From contig CM052816.1 of assembly GCA_028534125.1 (NCBI GenBank), positions 78,184,001 to 78,248,000 on the forward strand: a stretch of DNA of 64,000 nucleotides, read 5' to 3'. The position numbers were made by a program, and so were the translations under genes. The notes under the pieces were generated by a model. The model was not told where the DNA came from. It saw only the letters and a list, made by a program, of their open reading frames with translations, and ran no database searches. The stretch comes from Lama glama. Taxonomy: Eukaryota. Shown here piece by piece: positions 47,101 to 59,100 of this stretch (within the stretch, counting starts at the first letter, position 1; each line of letters starts with the position of its first letter).

Positions 47101-50100
47101 TGCATTATTGTTTTAGTAGCAAAACATTGGTAACAACGGAAAGGTCCTTCGAGTGGAAGATGGACCTAATTGTTGTATACTTACATGATGGAACACTCAG
47201 CAAGTAAGATAAATGTACTAGATTTATATTTATGAATATGGATAGCCTGTGAAAATATAACTGGGCAGTGAAAGCAGTGGTATAAATCATCTAAAAACAG
47301 CAATATTTTTATTGTTTATGTATGCATACACACAGAAGCACTTATATATAATGAGAGGATAAAACCATGAACTCAACAACTCATGATCATGGTTGCCTAT
47401 GATGGGAGGAAGGAGAACAATGAGGATTTCAGCCTTAACTATAGTTGTCTTTAATGTTTGAGGTAACGTGTTGTTTTACTTGAAATAAAGCAACAACCTG
47501 TCGTTTTACAAAACTTCATCAGTTGTGTTTTATAATTAGAGGCTCAGCTGAGTGAAAAGGTTTCACTTCAGGCAATCCAGCAATTGGTTCGAAAATCATA
47601 CCAGGCTCTGGCTCTATGGAAACTTCTTTGTGAACACCAATTCACTGTCATTGTAGGAGAACTTCAGAAGGTAGGATATTTTTTCTCCCTTAAAATCATA
47701 CTATTAATATTATGCTTAGTTTGTTTTCTTTTGAATGAGTTTTAATCTTGACCTTAGGTTCAGGAAGGGATTATTTCGGAAAGCATATAAGTGCGATCAA
47801 GTTAATATGTTACAAGAAAATTGCACTAAAGCATGATGGTTTGGGGGATTCATTGTCAGAACCACAAGTTTTTACAGTATATAAGAACTTTGTAATGGTA
47901 TGTGAATGAAATCTTACTGTACCAAAAATATTTTTTGAAACAGTGGATTGTAACCTTTGTTTGGGCTACAGATCCCTTTGGGACTCTGATCAAAACTCCC
48001 CACCCTCAAAGAATGCATGCAGACACATATACAAAATTTTTGCATGTAATTTCAAGGAGTTCAGTGGCCTAAATTGAACATTCCTACTTTAAAGAAAGAC
48101 GTTTACTACTGTGGGAAATGAATGGTTCATGTTTCACTTGCTGTCCTCGTTTGAATCCTTTTTAAGGATAAAGGTAATTCACATTTATCTAAATGTTAGG
48201 TCATTTGAGGGGAAATGTATTCCTACCTATTAATTGTGAACATTTCTAAACATAACAAAAATAGAGCAACTACTACAACTAATCCCCTTATACACAATTT
48301 ATTTATATTTATCATTTTCACAATTTTATCAACTTTGCTTCATCTATCCCCTTATTTTTCTTTACTGAATTATTTTGAAGTAGATCCCAGACACCATGTC
48401 CTTTCATTCTTATATACTTTAATATATATTCCTTAAAAATGATGGCTGTTTTCTTGACTAATAATGTCATTCTCACACTTAGCAGTATTACCACTAATTC
48501 TTTGGTAGCATCTAAAATGAAATTTCTGTCTTAAAAATATCTTTTTACAGATTGGTTCATTCTAATCAGAATCTAAAAAGTTGGTTCACTCATTGACTTT
48601 GGTTGTTATTTCTCTTAAATCTCTCAGTCTAGAGCAATTATCCCTTTTTCGTTGTTGTTGTTCTGTTGCCTTGTAGACATCAGGGCATCAGTCTTGTAGA
48701 TTGTCCAATATTCTGAGGTTGTCTTTACCTTCCTTGTAGTGAACTCGTTCCTCTATTTCTCCATTTTCTATGAAATGAAAGTCAAGTCTACAAAGGCTTG
48801 CTTAACTTCAGGTCCATTTATTTGAGGAAGAATAGAATACTTCATAGGTAGTGGTTTGTGTTATTAGGAGACACAAAAGGTTTGATTGTCCCACTTTTAG
48901 TGATACTAAGATACTGGATTCAAGTATTCAGTCCAGTCCTCCCATTACAAAATTCTCTATCAGGCTTAAATGAAGCTTACATGACATCCATTGATAATCA
49001 TTACCTGAAGCAGTTATTTCACTTAAGATTATAAGATGATCATTTTGTTAATCTGTGATTTCTTCCATACTTATTAACTACAATTCTATTAAAAAATAAC
49101 TTTCCTTTATCCTCTAGTGCTATTTGGTTATACCCTGAAATGTTTAATTCTTGACTTTTAAGTACCAATTTTCAAAATTGAAATGCAATACCTGTTCTTT
49201 CCAGTAGTGTCCATTGAGTTGTTTTGTTTCTTTTAAGCACATACTTTTCTTCTAAAAAATCAAATGAATATGTTTAATTATGAAAGCTGTTTTCCTTTCC
49301 ATGCCACGTAGAATAATGATTTTTAGTTTTATTGGGTTGTAAGCATAATGTAGGTCAATTTTTAGCCTAAGTATCTTTTTTGTGATCCATCTTCACAAAT
49401 GCTCAAATCCATCTTCCTTCCCTATATGCTTAAAGGATACAAATATTAGTCCAAAAAATTTGAACACAGATTGTGTGTTTTCCAAAATTTAGAAAAAAGA
49501 AATAGCAGTCAAATCATTAAACAGAATGTTACTGTAGTATAAATCACCTCAGTACTTTCGAACTCCATTTTAGCAAGCCAATTTATGAGATCAAATGCCA
49601 GTGTTACAAGGCCTTGAGTAATAGAATTGTAACATTATTTTGGGAAAGCAATTGTAAGCCCAAGATTTTTTTTAATGTAGCTAATTGATTATTCTTTCCT
49701 GGCTGTAACTAAAATCAGGAGACCTGGCTCAGATTTTGGCTCTATATGGGCTTTGCTTTCTTGGTTTGCAAAGTGAGAGTTGAACATACCATAGGTTCTT
49801 TTTCCAACTCTGATTCTATGAAAGTTTCCAAAAGTTTATTATTTTTTATAGTTTACTGTATTTTATCTTTTGAATTATAAAGTCTATTAATGTTTTGTTT
49901 ATTTTATATTACTAAAGAAATTCCATTCTGTGTGGAAATAGGATATTCCTATATCTTTGATTGATAAAAGGATTTTCTCTTATACTCCTAGGAATTTCAG
50001 GAGCAGTTGAAAATCACAACCTTTAAGGATCTGGTAATCAGGGACAAGGAACTGACCGGGGCATTAATTGCTTCTCTAATCAACTGCTACATCAGAGATA

Positions 50101-53100
50101 ATGCTGCTGTTGATGGCATTAGTTTACACTTACAGGACATCTGCCCACTTCTGTATAGCACTGATGATGCAGTTTGTTCTAAGGTATGATGCTTTGTTAC
50201 CTATTTCAGTGTTTCTTACAAGGAGGTTTCATGGAATGAGGAAAGGCACACTAGAATTGTAATCAGGAACTGTTGTCTTTTTATTTATTTATTTATTTTT
50301 TGACATGTGACCTTGGATAGGTCTCTTAACCTCTCCTGGCCTCATAATCCTCATCTGTGTAAGAAAGGGGTTAGATTGCATTATTTCTTAAAATCCACAT
50401 ATAAGTTTTTCTATAATGTATCTTTGATAGTATTTCTAGATCATATTTTAAAAATGGTTAAATGCATTTAGAAGTTAAGAAAAATATCACTAACTTTAAG
50501 TCTATGATGAATTAGAGTTAATTGGGCGATTTTTATTGATCCTTTCCTACAGGTGAAAATAATTTAAAAAATCTGTTGCACGGACTGCCTGATGACCAAT
50601 ACTGTATTGACTAGGCAAGAGATTTACCAGTCAAAAGCTGTCTTGCTTAACATATTTGTGAGAGGAATTAAGAATAGCTAGGATTTTTTGGTCAAAAACT
50701 TTTCTGCCTAAAATTAAGAAGAAGTAAGTTTGTAGAGTTGTTTTTTGTTTTTGATGATAAAAAAACAGATGCAAATTTAGACGTAGATTAAAACTTGTAT
50801 TGATGGCATCATCTAGGTGCTTTATTTTATATCTTTTTAAGTTCTTGTCATCTCCGCTTCTAGGCAAATGAGCTTCTCCAGCGTTCCCGACAAGTTCAAA
50901 ATAAGATTGAAAAGGAAAGAATGTTAAGGGAATCATTAAAGGAATATCAGAAAATCAGCAATCAAGTGGACCTTTCCAGTGTTTGTGCTCAGTATAGACA
51001 AGGTGAGAAACAGAATGGTCTTCCTGTCTTCTTCTTAACTCAGAGGCAGATCTTCCATCAGCTTTCAGTGGCCCAACTGATATGATACAGGAAATTCATT
51101 TTTTGTGTTTTAGTATTTGATGATTGCACCAGCTTCTGCAGATGCTATAATACTCAAAAAGAGTTTTATTGGGTGGTAAGCATAATAATACAAAAAATAT
51201 CTTGAAATGTGTAACTTTTTAGCATCGCAGTTTCAGTCCTAGTCCAGTTAAACTATCTGTAATAGATTGCTTTCTGGGTTACATTTATTTTTTGGGTGTT
51301 TTAGATTCTTTTAACTCATTTTTAAAATATTACCTGTCTGCTCACTTTAAAATTATTTAAATCAAATCAAACTTGATGTAGTAACTGTTAGTACAAATAT
51401 TGTTTTGAATCCTAAGATTTTTTTTTTCTGTCAAGGAACTGCAGTCCTCCTTTTTGTTATTTCAAATACGAAATTTTTTTTCCAATGAAGAAAATATATT
51501 TAATAGCTGCCTTTTAGGCATGTTGGAACCTTGTTCTTTGGTAGACTTACCAGAAATACTTTATATGATACTGTCCATAGGTGACTAATAGACAGTAGAA
51601 ACACAATAACCTTGATCAGAACTTTTATAAGCCAGCTAAGGAAAAATGTATCCACTTAATAATAAGCCTTAACTCTTTGCCCTTTGTCTTTCCCATTAGT
51701 GCGTTTTTATGAGGGTGTGGTGGAGCTGTCTCTTACTGCTGCAGAGAAAAAAGATCCTCAGGGTCTTGGACTTCATTTCTATAAACATGGAGAACCAGAA
51801 GAAGACATCGTGGGACTTCAGGCTTTCCAAGAAAGGTGAGTTTTATCACATTAGCAGATTGTCAGCTTCATGGATACAGACTTTTCTTTGTGTAGAGTTT
51901 GATAGTATTATGAAAATAGTACTTCAAGTACAACCCTCATAAAATTGAATTACGCTTTCACCTAAAAATGTCTTGTTTTATCAAAGGTCTGAGTCGGGAT
52001 TATAATTCTTAGCCTATGGATAAAAGTGTATTATAGCCTGGTGGAAATCCTTAAGGACTTATAAGTGTTTTTGAACTTGCCTCTGTGGTTTTTTTGAGAC
52101 TTTATTAATGTCAATTTAAAATGAGATAACTTTTTTAGAAAGAAAACTGTTGTCACGCCTACCCCGCCCCAAATGTCTGGTTCTAGATGAAGATTAGTTT
52201 TTAAAAGGATGATTTTTAAATGTTCACAAATTATTAGAGACTGCTAAAATATGTGTGTCCAAACTGACTATACTTCAACAAAAAAATAAATAAGTTTTTT
52301 AAAAATGTATGTCCAGAAAGGAGATATATAACCTCAGACATGTTTTTTGTTAAGACATTCCTTTTTTTTTCACTTCATCCTTTTAATCAAATGCTTCTCA
52401 AACCAGTTGAAAAGTATATGATTTGTATTATATTTAATATCAAATTGTGTGTGTGTGTATTTTCTCCAAAATTATCTTTAAATTCTTGTGTGTATTTAAA
52501 TTAGATAAAAGAAATCAGTTGCTAACTAAATAATATAATTGCTGCTTTTTCATTGTTTTTCAGGTTAAACAGTTACAAGTGTATTACTGATACACTTCAA
52601 GAACTGGTAAATCAAAGTAAGGCTGCTCCTCAGTCTCCCAGTGTACCCAAAAAACCTGGGCCTCCCGTTTTGTCATCTGATCCCAATATGCTGAGTAATG
52701 AAGAAGCAGGACATCATGTAAGAGACGCAGCACATTTTCATTCTGAAAATACATTTTGTTTAGAAGCTCTGTGTGGTGGTGGTGGTGGCATAATCATCTT
52801 GGAAGCAGAGTAGCTCTTAGAACTTACCATTTAAGGATGTTTGATTTCTTACCAGGATTGTGTAAGGCTCAGGGTCCCAGTGTCAAGCAACAGAACCTGA
52901 ACTGTGCTAATGTCTACTATTTTCTTTATTTTAGTTTGAACAAATGCTTAAATTGTCTCAGAGATCCAAAGATGAACTCTTTAGTATTGCCCTTTATAAT
53001 TGGCTAATACAAGCTGACCTTGCAGATAAACTACTACAGGTAAAATTGTTTTTTATACCAATATTGTTAATTTACATTTTTAAGAAATGTAACTAAATGG

Positions 53101-56100
53101 GTTAAGCACTTGTATAGTTACAGGAAATTCAGTTTCTCACCCTATACCACCCATTAAGTGTTAGTGTAAAGCCAACAATTGTAATACTTTTTTCTAGTGG
53201 GCAGAGTAAGCTATTGCTCTAATTTTCATGTAATTTAGAAGCTGATCAGGATTTTTATATTTTATATTTTATGTTATGTTTATATTGTGGGATGGAAATC
53301 ACTGGATTATGAGTTAGGAGACTTGAACTTTGTCTTACTTAGCTCTGCCATTAAGTCACTTCACAAATGTCCTTTCACTGTCTCAGTATTCCTTAGTCTG
53401 TAAAATGGCACTTGATTACAAGGATATTTTTGAGCTCAGAGTCTAGGAATCAATAGCTGTGTTCTCAAAGTTTATTAAACAATTTCTAATTGGATTATAC
53501 TGTTAGTTTTATCAGCCCAATGCAACTATCATAGCAATTCTCTGATTAACTGTGACAAACCAAAAAATCACCTATAATGAGAAAAATTGCCCTCCCTTTT
53601 ATGTTACTGGATTATAATAACTGCTTAGATACTCATAAAATGAAGCACACCTATAAGATGATACATTCGCTATGTAAAGATCAAATGGGTAGTCAGAAAA
53701 TGTTTCTGAGTAGCTGTACAATTTCCAGATTGCTTCTCCATTTCTGGAGCCACATCTAGTCCGGATGGCCAAAGTTGACCAAAACAAAGTTCGTTATATG
53801 GATTTACTCTGGAGGTATTATGAGAAGAACAGAAGCTTTAGTAACGCTGCTCGTGTCCTGTCCAAACTGGCTGACATGCACAGGTATGGCGAAAGAGTCT
53901 CACTGTGGAGAATTATGGGTACCCGGGCTCTGTCTAGTTCTGTCCGGACTTCAGGTATTAAATAAACCTTATTCAGGTTATACATATGTAGAATTTTTGT
54001 GCTTTTACTTTGATTTACCTAAAGCTTATAGTTTTTTTTCTTTTTTTGTTCTTAATAGTGTGTAGTAGGTACTAAATACCTCCTACTAAAGACTCTCTAT
54101 TCAAACTATCTTCTAAATCCTTTTCTTTAAAGTATGTTTTTAGATTTTTCGGCCTAACAGCAATTAATTACTATTCTTAATTAAAAGGAAAAAAATATTT
54201 CTCAAAGGCTTTATAATTTTAAATGTTTTATAAATTCCAGACCAATTTCTTCTACTCTCACATTGGTGTAAATTACTGAAAAGCTCTTAGAGTATCTGTA
54301 TTGAGGATTATTAAGAATCCTGTTAAAGAAGTTTGTAATTGAAATTTCTAATTAGATCTCCATATTAAAAGACAGTAAAATTTTGGACCGATCATTAATG
54401 TGATCCTCTTGATTTGGAGTTTTCTTTGCCGAAATAATTTGGTGCTATTTCTAAAATCTGGAGATTGATTAAGTTAAGAAGAGTAAGTTATTGAGGCAAA
54501 GTTGTCACTAAACCTAGTTAGTAAGAATGGTTACTTAAAGAGTTTAGATATGGTTAATGGCAAGTGTGAGAAAGTGTGTTTCTGTGTCTGTGTGTACACA
54601 TGTGCACACCCGTGCAGTTATAATTATTGTATGTGTGGACCCAAAGCAGTTTTGGTCTTGCCCTCCTTGATCACAATAGTTACTTAATTTTTATAAGTAT
54701 CTCTCACATACAGAAGATGACATGTATAGAAGTGACTTTAGTTTCTTTGTCTTTGGTTTAAGAAAAGGAATTTAAGCCTAAAACATAGTTTCTGGTAAAG
54801 GCCTTGGTCAATTCATAGTTTGCACAGTTAAGAATTGACAGCATTATTAAATATTTTAACTCTATATCTTGAGGTTATGTAATTCATTCCTTTATCCAGT
54901 GTTTGAGTGCCTGTTTTTTTTTTTACTGTACTCAGAGAGAGGTACATATGGACTGTGCTCTTACCCAGGCCTTCAGTATCTCATTTCTGGATTACTTTTG
55001 TCATTTTTCTTAGATAGTTATTTCTAGACACCATTACTTTACAAATCTTTGTAAGCCATTTTTATCATGCTACTTATTGTTCACAATGTAAGAGTGGCTC
55101 TTAATTACCCTTCCATTAATATTTATTGACCCTTTTCCTTGTTATGACAATTACTATATTCCTGTTTTAAAATATTCAGAAATTCTCTAACTTTTAAAAA
55201 CAGCTCATTGTCCATATCTGCTTCACACACATATGTAACCTAATTTCTTTTTCTTGTGAGAGACCCTGTACATCCACTCCTCAGCTCTCAGCTTACTGTC
55301 TCTTTCCACAATAAAAGGACTTTCCAGCTATTATGTTACTCTCTTTCTCACTACACTCTTTACATGTATAAGCTGCAGCAAGTAAGTTGGAGGCCATAGA
55401 ATGTTCTACTTTAAATAATTTGGAAATGTTACCCACTTTTAAAATGTTTCATTCAAGTGGGATTTTTAGAGATGGGGGGAAAAAAAGAAAGCCTTTTAGA
55501 AACAAAGCTCATGGCAAGGGAGATGATATAACTCAGTAGTAGGGTGTGTGCCTAGCATGCACGAGGTCCTGGGTTTGATCCCCAGTACTCCATTTAAATA
55601 AATCAATCACCTAATCACCTCCCCCAAAACATAAATAAAATAAAAAGAGACAAAGAAAAAAGCAAAGCTCCTAAATGTAGAATCCTTTGTATGTGATCTT
55701 AAGAGATAGTGCTAATTACCAGTCATCTACACCTATATTTTGCAAGATAGGAGAAAGGAGTTAATTTTTTTTTTCCTTTTGGTTTCTTTTTGGAAGGGGG
55801 TAATATAGGAGCCATGGCTATACAGAAGGACAGTTTTTTAAGTAAGACCTTCTCTAAAAGGAAAAGAAAGCCACTTTTTTCCTGATTCGGATTGGAATGG
55901 AGTATCAGAAGTTACATTTAATACTGGTTGATCTGAGAGGTTGCCAACAACTAACTGAGTTACTTATGTTTGTTTTTAATGCCAAGTTGCTTTATAATGT
56001 CAGAGAGCGAGGTCTGATAGAGTTAGGGGATCGGGGAAGACTGAAAATGGTAACCATGGAGGTGGAAACATGCTTAGGGCTTTCTGACACCTGTCAGTGT

Positions 56101-59100
56101 GTCAGGCAGCAAGTAAATTTTGAGCACCAGTGATATTCAAGGAATTCAGGAAGGAAGTAGTGATAGACACTGTTCCTGTTCCTAAGGAGCTCCCATTCTA
56201 GTGAGTAAAGATCATAGACAAAAAGTTCAGATCCCATAAATACAATAAAAATAGGAGACGGTACCTGGGGAAATAGGGAGCTCCTTTTGTTAAGAGTGGT
56301 CAGAGAAGGCCTCAGATAAATCGTCATCACAATTGATTCTCAAATGACAAGAACAGGCAGCTATTAAAGAAATGGAAGAAGTGGACCAAGCACAGGAACG
56401 GTGGTCTTTGCAGAGGCTCTGCATCAGATTCAAGTTTATCATGTTTAGGGTACAAAAAAGAAAGCCAGTGGGGCTGGGGATGGTGAACAAGGGAGGAAGG
56501 AGATGAGGTTAGAGGAGTAGGTGAAGGTGATTGGCAAGTCTGAAGAAAGCATGTGACGTAATCTGATTTTTGCTTTTAAGATTGTCACTGTCATTGCTGA
56601 GTGGAAAATGAAATGTAGTATTGGCCACAGTAAGGTAGAGAAGTGAAGAATATGAGGGCTGATAAAGTCTTTAATTTAATTTTAGAAGAATCCAAGTTTT
56701 AATATACTGAACTAAAGTTTTGAAATAGGAAGTTACTGTTTTGGATGTAAACATAAGTATGTGTTGACTTAGATTATGGATCTTTTATTAGAAGTCCTCT
56801 AATAATTTTTTTCAAGTTTCAGATGGCCTTTTACGTTAATTTGGTGTAAAATAGTGCATCATAACTGATACATATGTATATGTATATATATTGGATCCTT
56901 AAGAATTCACGTAAATAAAAATAAGAGTTTTCCCCCCAGCACAGAAATTTCACTTCAGCAGCGACTAGAGTACATCGCTCGAGCCATTCTTAGTGCCAAA
57001 AGTTCCACGGCCATTTCGTCAATAGCTGCAGATGGTGAATTCCTTCACGAATTAGAAGAAAAAATGGAAGTAAGTGCTGCAGATACTTGAGCCTTGTCCA
57101 CGGGGATTAATAGCCACTTGTTAGTCCACTTTCCCTTCTTCCCCTAGCAAATAATAGATCATCCTAATTTCTCCTGCCTTTTTCTTTCTTTTCATATTTA
57201 TATATAAATCTTTTTAAAAGATTTTAAGGATACAGCATATAGTTAGGTCATAGGACATTGCTATAATTTGAAAGTTTTCTCTGTGGCATTTCTAAAGGTT
57301 TTTTCCAACTGTTCTAACACCAGGCAGATTATATCACATTCACCATCTATTCTGGAAGCTAGTAAGTAAATGTATTAAGTGGAATAGGCTAAACTGCCTC
57401 AACTAAGGGGCCCCAAAATGTATAATGGTCCCAAGACAAAAGCTTGTTTCTCATTCAAAAATTCAGAGTGGATGTTCCTAATTGACATGTGGCTTTCTTC
57501 CACTTGGTTGATTTCAGTACCCAAGTTCTGTTTTGTGGCTGTACCATTCCCAATGGCCTTCTCTTTTCCTCTGGTCAGAGGGAGGAAGGGGGAAAAACAT
57601 GTAAGAAGCACATTCACTCCCTTAAAAAGCTCAGCCATGAAATGACATACTCCCATTCCTTCAAAGAGAACATAGTCTTGTGCCCATACACTTTGCACAG
57701 GAGGCTGGGAAGTATAGTCTAGCCATTTTATCTGGCTATAATCCTGGGAGAAACAGGTGGTGGTGGGTAGCAAAGGCTCTCTGTCACGGTACAGTCCCTG
57801 TGAAATCTGTGTTGTAGTGCAGAATTGTTAGTCTGTTATAATAAAAATCGTTATACATTTTTTATTGAGGTATAATTGACATAAAACAGTTGTTCAGGTG
57901 TTTAACGTAATGATTAAATATTTTTACGTACTGTGAAATGATCACCACAGTAGGTCTAGTTAACATTCATCACCATAAATAATTACAAAATTTTCAGTCA
58001 CTGTGCTGTTATTTTTACATTATTTTTATTTAAACAAGCTTAAAGTCAAGATACTAGGAGTCATTTCCTTAAGTACCCGATGATTTATCATAAGGAGCTT
58101 AAGACTTGCTTTTTTCTATCTAAACTAGGTTGCTAGAATCCAGCTTCAGATACAAGAGACACTACAAAGGCAGTACTCCCATCATTCGTCTGTGCAGGAT
58201 GCAGTCTCTCAGCTGGATTCTGAGCTAATGGACATAACTAAGGTAATAAAAAAGCAAGTGGAAGTCCTATAGCAGTCACCTATTATCTACAGATTTCCTG
58301 TTTCTTTTGCATTTTGCTATGTGTTTCATGGGAAAGATTAGCCCACCTCCACAAGATAAGATAAGCCATTTTTGGGAGCATGTCAGTAAGGCTGACAAAT
58401 CACCACTGTGGTTAAAGAGCTAAGTTTCTCTTTCCAGGCTAGTTTCTATCAAGAACCTATCGCCCTCACATGCAGCTTTGTTAAAACGCCTGCCGTCTAT
58501 TTCATGGCCTTGTTTCTTGTCTTGAAAAAGTAACTTACCTCTTTGCTTAACTCTCCAAGCCTCTCCTACTCTGTACCGTCCTGAACAGTTTCTTTTTCAA
58601 TCATTCTTGGGCATTTTTCCAAGTACCCTGAAGCAGTTCAGTATTCCATGATTTCTCAAATCTTAATTCAGACGATGCTAATTCTGAAAGAAATGTCATT
58701 GCAGCATCTTCCTCCCACCCAGAAGGAAAAAAAAAAGACAATATTGAAATCTATTTAAATGTATTTATCATACATTTACCATTCTCAGCCTGGAGTTATG
58801 ACCAGCTACAGGTCATCACACCTTTATATCTTATTTTAGGAACTTCAGATAAAGTCTTCAGTTGATTTAATTTTCAAGGAGTGCTTCACTGTTAATTTCT
58901 GAATGCTAACCTCTGGTTGTATGTATAATGTTGGCATTTTTCTTCCACAGCTTTATGGAGAATTTGCTGACCCATTTAAACTCGCAGAGTGTAAACTTGC
59001 AATAATTCATTGTGCTGGTTATTCAGACCCTATATTGGTTCAGACACTTTGGCAAGATATTATAGAGAAAGGTAAGTGTTCAGTTGTTGATATATTAGCT

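Noticed and set aside
51667..51673. CCTTAAC (U12 branch-site core) upstream of exon 25
   Set aside because: The intron 24 donor is GTGAGA (U2 type) and a normal pyrimidine tract follows. At most a U2 branch point.
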